IMG/VR virus record: IMGVR_UViG_3300032301_000344 | Coordinates: 1 to 30,908 of that record | DNA: 30,908 nt | Reading direction: 5' to 3' (one strand) | From: a virus | Taxonomy: Duplodnaviria > Caudoviricetes | Shown: in pieces, positions 8,475-16,335 of the stretch | How positions within the stretch are numbered: position 1 is the first letter of the stretch | Layout: the number at the start of each line of letters is the position of its first letter | Translations under genes and position numbers: made by a program | Notes under the pieces: generated by a model | Told to the model about the DNA's origin: nothing | Database searches by the model: none | The model's input: the letters and a program-made list of their open reading frames with translations, nothing else

Positions 8475-10169
8475 GCACAAAACATCGACTTTTTCATTGA
8501 TGTTACCAATGGCAACTTGGTGGCGGCTGGCTCGGTTAAGGATGGTATTCTTCCCACATTTACACGCAACGATACCTACAATTTCCGGGTGCGTCTCCAA
8601 GAAAGGGATACCAATAACTTTCTTCGTGATTTAGACACCACCGGAGCATCCTTAAAGCTCGGTATTGGTGGCATTGATGACGGCCCTAGTGATGGAGCGT
8701 TTAAGCTCACAATCAATTCCACAACCTCTAATGCAATTACTTGGAGTGATGATGAATCGGTTGTTGCTTCAAGAATTTATACCGCAGTTTCCAACAATGT
8801 TGCAACTTGTGTAACTTATGGCCTAGAGCCAGATGCCTATTTGCTTACCGCAACCCAGCCCAATACGGCAATGTCGTTTGGAGGCTCTAGTTTCACGCTT
8901 TTCCCAACTAGCTCGGTTATTATCAGCACTCGGCGTTATCCCGCATCTAGCGTCCAAGCCCAGCAAATCATTAAGCTACGCAGAAACCCAGCCGTCTATT
9001 CGGATAGCTTCACGGCATCATCGGTTTCTGGGGTTGTTGCTCTTACCAGAACTCAAGTAGGCTCTACGACTCGCAACGAAATCTATAATCTTGCCATCGG
9101 CCCCGATGCCGAAGGTGGTTCCGTTGTTCTTGGGTTTGGAAGCAACACGACAACCGCTATCGCTATTGGGGCGAGTGCCGCCAGCTTTGCCGAGGCACTC
9201 ACCTCGGTTACTGGCATTGGGGCAAACAATGTTTCCGTGGACTCTGGAAACAATGATGGAGATTATTCAATTTCCTTTGTTCAATCCCTAGGATTACAAG
9301 CCGTAACAACCGCCCTTACTCTGGATGCTTCCGGGGTTATTTACGGAAATTATCTAGGCACATCGGTGACGATGGCAACCGCTGAACTCGATGAGCTTTT
9401 TGCGGAAGCTGGAACCGACACCATCACGCCCACAATCGAGATCGAGCTTACCCAGAACGGAACTCCGAAGACAATTTACCAAGGGTCGATTAGTGTTCGC
9501 CGTGATCTTATCACCACAGGTTCCGTAGTTCCGGCAGACCAAGCCTCGTATTATACCAAGGCCGAAGCCAACGCCCTCTTTGTTGAGGACTCAACTGCCA
9601 ATGTAGATGCCACAAATCGCAAGCTATACAATAGCTACGGCACAACCTTCTTGGATTGGCAGAACAATTCCATTGGAACTGGTTCCACCATTCTCGATCT
9701 TTCTGGAACTGCCATCACAATTTCTGATGGATATAATTTGGGAGTAGGCACAACAACTGGAACAAAGATTGGGGTTAGCACGGCTTCAAAGATTGCCTTC
9801 TATGGCTCTACCCCAATCACACAACCCGCAAATATCAATGTTGTTTCTGGCCTAATCAATGTAGGATTGATAGCAAATGGGACAACCTACGGAGTGTTGC
9901 CGCAATCTCCAAGGACTCTCACGGCAGTAACTTATACCACATTTGGACTGGTTCAATCCAATAATGTTGTTTCTAAAACAGTTACAATCACTGGATGCCA
10001 ACTGAATGACATTGTTTTGCTTGGGTTGCCCGCTGATATTGAGGAAGGACTTGCTTTTAGTGGTCACGTTGTTACTGCTAATCAAATTCATATTGATGCC
10101 CTAAATGTGACTGGAAGTGGAAAGACACAAAACGCAACAACATTCAGAGTCACAATCATCGGATATTAA
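8472..10169 (+). CDS. Tail fiber/baseplate (adsorption) protein
   Basis: 565 aa, Thr/Ser/Gly-rich; YYTKAEA linker; GTTTGTKIG...KIAFYG.TP..QP motif of tail fiber-like proteins. Confidence 0.65.
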   Translation: MAQNIDFFIDVTNGNLVAAGSVKDGILPTFTRNDTYNFRVRLQERDTNNFLRDLDTTGASLKLGIGGIDDGPSDGAFKLTINSTTSNAITWSDDESVVASRIYTAVSNNVATCVTYGLEPDAYLLTATQPNTAMSFGGSSFTLFPTSSVIISTRRYPASSVQAQQIIKLRRNPAVYSDSFTASSVSGVVALTRTQVGSTTRNEIYNLAIGPDAEGGSVVLGFGSNTTTAIAIGASAASFAEALTSVTGIGANNVSVDSGNNDGDYSISFVQSLGLQAVTTALTLDASGVIYGNYLGTSVTMATAELDELFAEAGTDTITPTIEIELTQNGTPKTIYQGSISVRRDLITTGSVVPADQASYYTKAEANALFVEDSTANVDATNRKLYNSYGTTFLDWQNNSIGTGSTILDLSGTAITISDGYNLGVGTTTGTKIGVSTASKIAFYGSTPITQPANINVVSGLINVGLIANGTTYGVLPQSPRTLTAVTYTTFGLVQSNNVVSKTVTITGCQLNDIVLLGLPADIEEGLAFSGHVVTANQIHIDALNVTGSGKTQNATTFRVTIIGY

Positions 10170-10195
10170 GCCAAGAGCCGAAAGGCTGAAATCCT

Positions 10196-10765
10196 ATGGG
10201 TAAAGTTTTATCTGCACAAGGGAGTGGGTATTTCCCCGGTTGTATTGAGCCATACGGAGGATATTTCTCATTGTCCAATGCAATGAAAATATACTGGCGA
10301 GTCAAAAGTTGGACGATAAGCGGGCAATATGTTTACGGCACATATTCTTATGATTTCTCTCAAACATTCACATCCACACTTTCAGAGGAAGCACACCTTG
10401 TCTGCATTGCTAATAATCTAAACACGGATTTTTATCCAGATGTAGAGGTTGGAAATAATGGAAGGACATACTTTCAAAGACCATATTTATTTTATTGGAA
10501 TAGTTCATCATTATTTTATCCAAGATTAGAATGGAAGATTTCATTTCCAGACCCAGCATTTCCAGACGAAAGATGGGTAACCACAGAGGCTGAAGATTCT
10601 AATTCATCAAGCTACACAATTTTGGGTTACACCCTGCCGTGCTATGTATTGAAAAAGGACGGAGATGAATTTATTTCAGAGGCAAACAATGTGACCGCTG
10701 TCCCTGCATCTTACTGGTCATTTGGAGGAACCTACGATACCTCTACTGGTGAACCCTTGACATAA
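10196..10765 (+). CDS. Hypothetical aromatic-rich protein, possible receptor-binding/tail-tip subunit
   Basis: Tyr/Phe/Trp-rich, AT-rich core, follows the tail fiber. Confidence 0.5.
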   Translation: MGKVLSAQGSGYFPGCIEPYGGYFSLSNAMKIYWRVKSWTISGQYVYGTYSYDFSQTFTSTLSEEAHLVCIANNLNTDFYPDVEVGNNGRTYFQRPYLFYWNSSSLFYPRLEWKISFPDPAFPDERWVTTEAEDSNSSSYTILGYTLPCYVLKKDGDEFISEANNVTAVPASYWSFGGTYDTSTGEPLT

Positions 10766-10779
10766 AACCCTAGTCAATG
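10757..10779 (+). promoter_or_regulatory. TTGACA-N14-ATG late-gene box (lysis cassette)
   Basis: TTGACA 10757-10762, ATG 10777. Confidence 0.6.
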
Positions 10780-10938
10780 AACTGGATTACCGAAAACTTT
10801 GCAAACATTATGGCTGGCGTTGGTGCGGTGATTGTCCTTGCTCGTATTATCGTGAAGCTAACCCCGACCCCGGCTGATGACTCGATTCTGGAAAAAGTGG
10901 TTTCGGTTCTTAAAACCCTCGGACTTCACATCGACTAA
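10777..10938 (+). CDS. Putative holin, 53 aa (not in ORF track)
   Basis: MNWITENFANIMAGVGAVIVLARIIVKLTPTPADD...; one TM helix plus TPTPxDD motif; first gene of the lysis cassette. Confidence 0.65.
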   Translation: MNWITENFANIMAGVGAVIVLARIIVKLTPTPADDSILEKVVSVLKTLGLHID

Positions 10939-11099
10939 TGCTCACATCAATCCTTGCCATCATCGCAGGGGTTGTTGGAATTGGCGGGTGGTGGATTAAA
11001 AACAGAGCCAAGACCCGAAGGGAAAGAGACGATGAACAAATCGCTTATAGGCGTTCTCTCCGTGATGCGGAGGTGGATGCTTGGATTCATCGTAGGTAG
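10938..11099 (+). CDS. Putative i-spanin (Rz-like), 53 aa (not in ORF track)
   Basis: MLTSILAIIAGVVGIGGWW TM helix then a charged helix; TAATG-coupled to the holin; overlaps a lipoprotein gene. Confidence 0.55.
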   Translation: MLTSILAIIAGVVGIGGWWIKNRAKTRRERDDEQIAYRRSLRDAEVDAWIHRR

Positions 11100-11313
11100 T
11101 TGCCTAGCTGGGTGCGCCACGACCCGGCCTTACGACATTGGGCAAACGCCACACCAAGACTCGATCTCGGACTTCATCCAAAGGTGGGACAAGCTCGACC
11201 GAACCCACGCAACCAAAGACGAATACCGGGAACTCTATGCCCAGACGCTCAAGGCGTTATCTAGAGCAATGGAGGAGGCAGAACGAGGCAAGTCGAGGGC
11301 AGAGGCACAATGA
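11065..11313 (+). CDS. Putative o-spanin lipoprotein (Rz1-like)
   Basis: MRRWMLGFIVGSCLAGC: signal peptide with LAGC lipobox; starts inside the i-spanin gene. Confidence 0.65.
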   Translation: MRRWMLGFIVGSCLAGCATTRPYDIGQTPHQDSISDFIQRWDKLDRTHATKDEYRELYAQTLKALSRAMEEAERGKSRAEAQ

Positions 11314-11804
11314 CCCTTAAAGAAGCGGCGGAGCGTTCTAGGGGGCATATAGAGCGATTAGAGCCTAGTTTTGGGGCTAGGGTGGCAAGATGGTATTCAG
11401 AACTGCTAGACAAGAAAATCCCTGCTTTGATTTATTGCTCGACCCGCACACCAGAGGAACAAGAAGAACTTTACGCTCAAGGCCGAACCAAGCCCGGAAC
11501 AAAGGTAACAAACGCTAGGGGCATCCCCGCCCAATCCTTGCATATCGGAGGCCACGCTATCGACTTCGTCCCCTTGGCTCGCACCCCCACCGGGGATTAC
11601 ATCGTCTCTTGGGATGATGACAAGACCTACGCCATCTGCCAAAAAATTGCCGAGAAACACAACCTGCGGCATTTAGAATGGGAGACTCCTCACTTGGAGG
11701 ACGGCACGATTTCTGGGTGGAGAGAATTGGTTTCTCCACAAAAGCAAGAGGTGAAAACAAAAAAGATTTCACTCGTAAATAAAAAGCCTTGGTCTAGCAG
11801 ATAA
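11310..11804 (+). CDS. Endolysin, peptidase M15 family (L-Ala-D-Glu peptidase-like)
   Basis: RTPEEQEELYAQGRT, VTNA, S.H..G.A.D and E.PHLE zinc-peptidase motifs. Confidence 0.9.
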   Translation: MTLKEAAERSRGHIERLEPSFGARVARWYSELLDKKIPALIYCSTRTPEEQEELYAQGRTKPGTKVTNARGIPAQSLHIGGHAIDFVPLARTPTGDYIVSWDDDKTYAICQKIAEKHNLRHLEWETPHLEDGTISGWRELVSPQKQEVKTKKISLVNKKPWSSR

Positions 11805-11807
11805 GGG

Positions 11808-12173
11808 ATGACATCTGCGAGTGTTGTGCCGTCTAAACAAAAGTTTTTCAACAAGAAACATCTCCATCATTTAACTCAAATCCAAGCCGCAACTTGCGAG
11901 GCTTTGGAACGGAAATACACGGCTGGCGTTGAGACCTACAAAACAAACTTGTGGGAGATGCCAGCAATGCGAATGGTCGAGGAGGGCATCAATGAGGCAG
12001 TCGATCAGATAACTTATTTGATGAGCCTTCGCCAATCTATGAAAGTGATTTGTGCTTTAGCCCACGAAGGAATGACCGATCTCGAACTGACAAATCCCAA
12101 GGCTAGGGAATGTTGCCAACTTATTTATACCTCATTAACTGGCGATAGAAATAAGCCTAGTGAAAACGATTAA
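11808..12173 (+). CDS. Hypothetical protein, possible all-alpha NTP pyrophosphatase-like
   Basis: KY..G..TY...L and E...EAVD...YL acidic helix pattern. Confidence 0.35.
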   Translation: MTSASVVPSKQKFFNKKHLHHLTQIQAATCEALERKYTAGVETYKTNLWEMPAMRMVEEGINEAVDQITYLMSLRQSMKVICALAHEGMTDLELTNPKARECCQLIYTSLTGDRNKPSEND

Positions 12174-12903
12174 ATTTGTAGCGTGTGGAGACATCCACGG
12201 AAACGAGCAATGCCCTAAAAGTGTTAAGGCTGTATTGGCATTTTGCAAAGACTTCAAGCCAGACCTAGTGGTTTGCATCGGGGACTTGTGGGATTTCAAG
12301 GCCATTCGCAAGGGAGCCGGAGACGAAGAACAAGCATCGAGCTTGCAAGAGGATTGGGATTGTGGGGAGGAGTTTATCAGGGAGTTCTTTGCATTTGGAG
12401 AGGAACGAATCTTTCTCCGTGGCAATCACGATGAACGCCTATGGGATTTAGCCAAGAATACATCTAGCGGGATTTGCAGGGATTATGCCAATAGTGGCAT
12501 TGAGAATGTAGAAATCATAATGAAGGAAACGAGGGCAAAGATGTTCCCTTACGATTCCATTCACGGAGTTTATACTTGCGGGAGTCTTTCGTTTGTTCAC
12601 GGCTACGGCCACGCTATGCACGGAGCAAAACAGCACTCGGATGCTTACGGAAATGTTTTGTTCGGACACACTCACGCCATTGATTATTTCCGAAGCGTTT
12701 CACACGATCTTCGAGAGGCTTGGAACATTGGATGTATGTCCGAACTTGGGCCTACCTACAATCGCTCGCAAATGCGGCGGCTTCGTTGGCAGAACGGATG
12801 GGCTTTTGGAATGATTCACTTGGCAGAGAAAAGCCACGATGTTTTCCAAGCCAAAAGGAGGAACGGAAAATTTACTCTGCCTACTGCAATTAAATCCTTT
12901 TAG
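12160..12903 (+). CDS. Calcineurin-like metallophosphoesterase
   Basis: GDIHG, GDLWD, GNHD, HG and GHTH motifs in canonical order. Confidence 0.9.
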   Translation: MKTIKFVACGDIHGNEQCPKSVKAVLAFCKDFKPDLVVCIGDLWDFKAIRKGAGDEEQASSLQEDWDCGEEFIREFFAFGEERIFLRGNHDERLWDLAKNTSSGICRDYANSGIENVEIIMKETRAKMFPYDSIHGVYTCGSLSFVHGYGHAMHGAKQHSDAYGNVLFGHTHAIDYFRSVSHDLREAWNIGCMSELGPTYNRSQMRRLRWQNGWAFGMIHLAEKSHDVFQAKRRNGKFTLPTAIKSF

Positions 12904-12906
12904 CTT

Positions 12907-13191
12907 ATGAGAGATAGGAAATGGAATAAACCAATCAGAGGAGAGTGGGCATCCGCATTGGAAAGTTACATTTCAATGCAAGCAGAGGTTGTTCCTCCCG
13001 GTTGGAAAAGAGTTACAGAAACCCTGCAAGCGATGGGACTTAAATCCATTGGTAGCGGTTCACGCTCGAAGATGCTTACAGAGATGGTGGAGAATAAAAT
13101 TTTAGAAAGAAAACAATTCAGAGTGCCAGATTTAAGTGGTCGAAGATTGATGCCCATTGACCACTATCGCCTAATTACAAGGGCTAAATAG
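12907..13191 (+). CDS. Hypothetical basic protein (possible winged helix)
   Basis: 94-aa ORF, last gene before the intergenic control region. Confidence 0.65.
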   Translation: MRDRKWNKPIRGEWASALESYISMQAEVVPPGWKRVTETLQAMGLKSIGSGSRSKMLTEMVENKILERKQFRVPDLSGRRLMPIDHYRLITRAK

Positions 13192-13196
13192 CCCAA

Positions 13197-13209
13197 TATC
13201 AAGCAGTTA
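13197..13209 (+). promoter_or_regulatory. IHF-type binding site
   Basis: TATCAAGCAGTTA is a perfect match to WATCAANNNNTTR, about 60 bp upstream of a promoter. Confidence 0.55.
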
Positions 13210-13271
13210 CGCAAGCCCATATTAGGGCATCTTATAGCATTATTAGCTTGTTTAATATGTTTAACAAGGGC

Positions 13272-13299
13272 TTGACTTCGGTTCAATAATGAATAGAGT
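13272..13299 (+). promoter_or_regulatory. Sigma70-type early promoter, likely leaderless transcript
   Basis: TTGACT-16 nt-TAGAGT; ATG 13306 lies at the expected start position. Confidence 0.55.
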
Positions 13300-13305
13300 G
13301 TGGGT

Positions 13306-13593
13306 ATGCAAACAACCAACACAAACACAACATACTCAAAAATACGCCATACCTTTACCCACAATCACGATTATGAAAACGAATCAATAAACGCAATCGT
13401 TTATGGCGGGCTAGAATACCCAAATGACATCAACGGGAATATCCACATCGTTGATCTTGGCGAAGGCAACGAACACGGAAGATATATGCTAACCCTTGAA
13501 AATGACGGATGGATGTCCGATGATTTGAGTGAGCTTGAGCCTCGTCTTTTCCGCTGGATGAATGATTCTGGCTACGAATACGATTCTAAATAA
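13306..13593 (+). CDS. Hypothetical early protein
   Basis: Acidic 95-aa ORF directly after the promoter. Confidence 0.65.
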   Translation: MQTTNTNTTYSKIRHTFTHNHDYENESINAIVYGGLEYPNDINGNIHIVDLGEGNEHGRYMLTLENDGWMSDDLSELEPRLFRWMNDSGYEYDSK

Positions 13594-13617
13594 ACAACCA
13601 AAGAAAGGAACCATCAA

Positions 13618-13716
13618 ATGAAAAACGAACAACTTATAACTGGAATCTGCATCGGCTTTATCGCTGGGTGCATCTTGGCGATGGTCTGCATCAATGCTAT
13701 GGCCTCAATAAATTAA
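13618..13716 (+). CDS. Small membrane peptide, 32 aa (not in ORF track)
   Basis: SD AAAGGA; MKNEQLITGICIGFIAGCILAMVCINAMASIN. Confidence 0.55.
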   Translation: MKNEQLITGICIGFIAGCILAMVCINAMASIN

Positions 13717-13718
13717 GC

Positions 13719-13746
13719 TAGACAAGTTCACGCCAGACCCCATTCT
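13719..13746 (+). promoter_or_regulatory. Possible sigma70-type promoter for the ligase-like gene
   Basis: TAGACA-16 nt-CATTCT, ATG at 13754, no SD. Confidence 0.35.
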
Positions 13747-13753
13747 AATCACA

Positions 13754-14299
13754 ATGACATCCTACCCCGCCCGCCCGATGCCATGCGATGCCTCGGCTTG
13801 GGACGAGCGCTACTCGGACTTTCACATCGAGCCGAAGTTTAATGGCTGGCGGATTCTGGTAGATCAAGAGTTCGGCCAAGTGTGGAACCGCAAGGGGCAA
13901 CGCTCAACGCTCGAAGCCTCGGTGCTGGAACGCATCAAGAACGCAAACATAAACTCCCGATGGATTGATGGCGAGTGGCTAGGCCAACGCACCAAGTCTG
14001 GTGCTGGTAGCTTCATTGTCATTGATGCTTGTGAGCCGTTGCCTTATGTGGAACGCCGCAAGCTATTCGAGCATCTGGAAGTAGCCACATTCGCTCCACG
14101 CTCAAACGCTTTGATGCGGATGCCCAACCTCACTCACTCTAAACTTCGTGCTTGCTGGGACGAGATGGAGTTTCAAAACAACAAGGCTGGCGAGACAATC
14201 TTCGAGGGCTTTGTTATGAAGAAGGACAGCAAGTATCCTTGGGTCAAGAACCCTTCTTACTTTTCCCCGGAGTGGCAGAAGATGAGGATTCGCTCGTGA
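13754..14299 (+). CDS. ATP-dependent ligase-like nucleotidyltransferase (adenylation domain only)
   Basis: Motifs I (EPKFNGWR), III (IDGEW), IIIa (IVID), IV (EGFVMK) and V (WQKMR), then stop. Confidence 0.8.
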   Translation: MTSYPARPMPCDASAWDERYSDFHIEPKFNGWRILVDQEFGQVWNRKGQRSTLEASVLERIKNANINSRWIDGEWLGQRTKSGAGSFIVIDACEPLPYVERRKLFEHLEVATFAPRSNALMRMPNLTHSKLRACWDEMEFQNNKAGETIFEGFVMKKDSKYPWVKNPSYFSPEWQKMRIRS

Positions 14300-14517
14300 C
14301 ATTCTTTCTTGTCTGCTTTCTTGTGCTTCTTCTTTGCCGCATGGCATATGCTTTTGCCAAGCACCTAGATCGCCAAGAGCTAGAGCGAAAGAAGTTTTAC
14401 TTGGCCTTGGCCGAGGACTTGGAACGGCTGGACAATATGATTGCACAAGGCAACAAGCCACAACCCAAAGAACCACGCATCACAACATTTAACAAACGCT
14501 GGGCGGGTCGCAATTGA
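14296..14517 (+). CDS. Small protein with N-terminal TM helix
   Basis: GTGA overlap start; TFFLVCFLVLLLC hydrophobic stretch then a charged helix. Confidence 0.55.
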   Translation: MTFFLVCFLVLLLCRMAYAFAKHLDRQELERKKFYLALAEDLERLDNMIAQGNKPQPKEPRITTFNKRWAGRN

Positions 14518-14873
14518 TGAAACCCTCCACCAAATTTGAATTGCTTTGGCGAAGCATTGGTGGGGGACAACTCGAAAAAGAACATCGCTTCCACCCGGTT
14601 CGCAAATGGCGGTTCGATTACTTTCATAAGTCTGGGGTAGCAGTCGAACTAGAAGGCGGGATTTATACTGGTGGCCGTCACACCAGAGGAGCCGGGTTCC
14701 TTAAAGATATGGAGAAATACAATGAGGCCGCAAGCCGAGGCATCCTAGTGTTCCGTGTGCCGTCCCATAAGATCACGGCTGAATGGCTCCGACCAATTCA
14801 CGCAACCATAAGTAAGGGTGGGTCGATGGCATACAATGTTTTACTAAACCAAATCAAAAAAGGAATTAAATGA
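14517..14873 (+). CDS. PD-(D/E)xK endonuclease (Vsr/DUF559-like fold)
   Basis: EHRFHPVRKWRFD, VELEGG, GRHTRG.GF..D.EKYN motifs. Confidence 0.8.
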   Translation: MKPSTKFELLWRSIGGGQLEKEHRFHPVRKWRFDYFHKSGVAVELEGGIYTGGRHTRGAGFLKDMEKYNEAASRGILVFRVPSHKITAEWLRPIHATISKGGSMAYNVLLNQIKKGIK

Positions 14874-15085
14874 GTCAAGAAGAACTGCCTACTTTTTGGC
14901 ATGAAGAACCAGCCAATAAGAAGCGACCGGGTGAAACTACCGATGAATGGATTGTGCGATTGTTCGGCCCTATTCCAGATACAGAGTTTGATTCAAGAAA
15001 TGATTTTAGGACTTTGAACTTACCAAAAACAAAGAAAGAAAATGCCGAAGGCTTTGGCGTTTTCGATTACAAAGACAAAGAATAA
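14870..15085 (+). CDS. Hypothetical protein
   Basis: SD AAGGA, ATGA overlap. Confidence 0.65.
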   Translation: MSQEELPTFWHEEPANKKRPGETTDEWIVRLFGPIPDTEFDSRNDFRTLNLPKTKKENAEGFGVFDYKDKE

Positions 15086-15090
15086 CCAAC

Positions 15091-15113
15091 CAATAAAGGA
15101 GAACCAATGAGTG
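15091..15113 (+). repeat. 23-bp direct repeat, copy 1
   Basis: CAATAAAGGAGAACCAATGAGTG. Confidence 0.95.
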
Positions 15114-15334
15114 CGTATTATGATGATAAACACAATGCCATGCAAGCAGACTCTTGGAAGAAGGCCGAGTCTGACGAAAGAATTATGCAATCCAAGGCAG
15201 ACGATTGGTGGGTAAGGAAAAACTTTGGAGAGAAGATTAAGATGACTGGGAATCTTATTTTTGCAAGAACGCCAGAAGATTTCCACAAGGAGATCGCTAG
15301 GCAAAACAAAAGAATAGCCGAGGGGCTACAATAA
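15107..15334 (+). CDS. Hypothetical protein flanked by 23-bp direct repeats
   Basis: Strong SD; 75 aa. Confidence 0.75.
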   Translation: MSAYYDDKHNAMQADSWKKAESDERIMQSKADDWWVRKNFGEKIKMTGNLIFARTPEDFHKEIARQNKRIAEGLQ

Positions 15335-15351
15335 AGGAGAACCAATGAGTG
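15329..15351 (+). repeat. 23-bp direct repeat, copy 2
   Basis: Identical to 15091-15113. Confidence 0.95.
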
Positions 15352-16130
15352 ATAATCAGTTAGCAGTTCAGAACAATGGAGTATTAAACATTAGGCAAGC
15401 ATCGGATGTTGCCGGGGCTTGTCGTGCAATCGTAATGGGAACCAGCCAACGCATAGGCCAGAAGGATTATGTGCGGGTAGAGGGCTGGCAAGCTATCGCA
15501 GTAGCTCACGGATGTGTAGCAAGTGCCAGAGATGTTGAGCGTCTTGAAGATGGCTATCGGTGCATCGGTGAGGTAAAGCGAATGGACAACGGACAGGTTA
15601 TTTCTCAAGCCGAGGGATTTCTTGGTGATGATGAGCCTATGTGGGAAAAGCGTCCCACTTACGCCAAGCGAGCTATGTGCCAGACAAGGGCGATCAGTCG
15701 TGCTTGCCGCTCTGCTTTTGCTCACATTGTAGTTATGATTGATGGAAATCTCTCGACAACTCCAGCCGAGGAAGTTCCACACGGAGGTTTCCAAGACATC
15801 AACACGGACAAATACGAAGCACCAATCAAAGCCCCAGAGAAGTTTGCCGAAAAGATTGTGGCCCAAGTCACCAACGAAAAGCTCGGTGGTGCAAGGGATA
15901 TGGTGCTTAACTTTGGAAAGCACAAAGGCTCTACCCTGCGGGAGATCGCACAATTCCCAAGCGGCAAAGGATTGGATTACTTGGATTGGTTGGCCAAGCA
16001 AGAATTGAAACCCGGCAAGGATGGCAAGCCATTCAAGAACGACATCATACGAAACGAGATAATCCGTGAAATCTTGCTCGAAGCAGAAGCAGTAACAAAG
16101 GAGAATCCCGATGACCAAATTCCTTTCTGA
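15345..16130 (+). CDS. Single-strand annealing recombinase-like protein with FGKHKG module and acidic IPF tail
   Basis: YVRVEGW, AM.QTRA.SRA.R.AF and T.AEE motifs of phage SSAPs; FGKHKG..L.EI...YLDWL; ends DDQIPF. Confidence 0.65.
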   Translation: MSDNQLAVQNNGVLNIRQASDVAGACRAIVMGTSQRIGQKDYVRVEGWQAIAVAHGCVASARDVERLEDGYRCIGEVKRMDNGQVISQAEGFLGDDEPMWEKRPTYAKRAMCQTRAISRACRSAFAHIVVMIDGNLSTTPAEEVPHGGFQDINTDKYEAPIKAPEKFAEKIVAQVTNEKLGGARDMVLNFGKHKGSTLREIAQFPSGKGLDYLDWLAKQELKPGKDGKPFKNDIIRNEIIREILLEAEAVTKENPDDQIPF

Positions 16131-16335
16131 TGCCACGGAAACCATCGGCTCGCAGATGCTTGGGGAAATCCCCAACATCTTGCGGGAAAACTTTACCAAG
16201 GTTGCCGAGCTTGAACGCAATCGTTGTGCCGAACTGGTTCAGCAGATTGCAGATTCAACCGAAGATCAAGTGATTAAGGATGTTCTTAATGATGTAGTCC
16301 TAGCGATAAGGAGGCTTCAAAATGTCCGCTATTGA
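16111..16335 (+). CDS. Hypothetical protein
   Basis: SD AAGGAG; ER.RCA.L helix. Confidence 0.65.
   Translation: MTKFLSDATETIGSQMLGEIPNILRENFTKVAELERNRCAELVQQIADSTEDQVIKDVLNDVVLAIRRLQNVRY

Noticed and set aside
10161-10195. Hammerhead ribozyme-like GCC-GAAA-GGC-T-GAAA
   Set aside because: The required CUGANGA core is absent and stems I and III cannot be formed
10954-11064. Upstream extension of the lipoprotein ORF given in the ORF track
   Set aside because: The lipobox must be near the N-terminus; this stretch is occupied by the i-spanin-like gene in another frame
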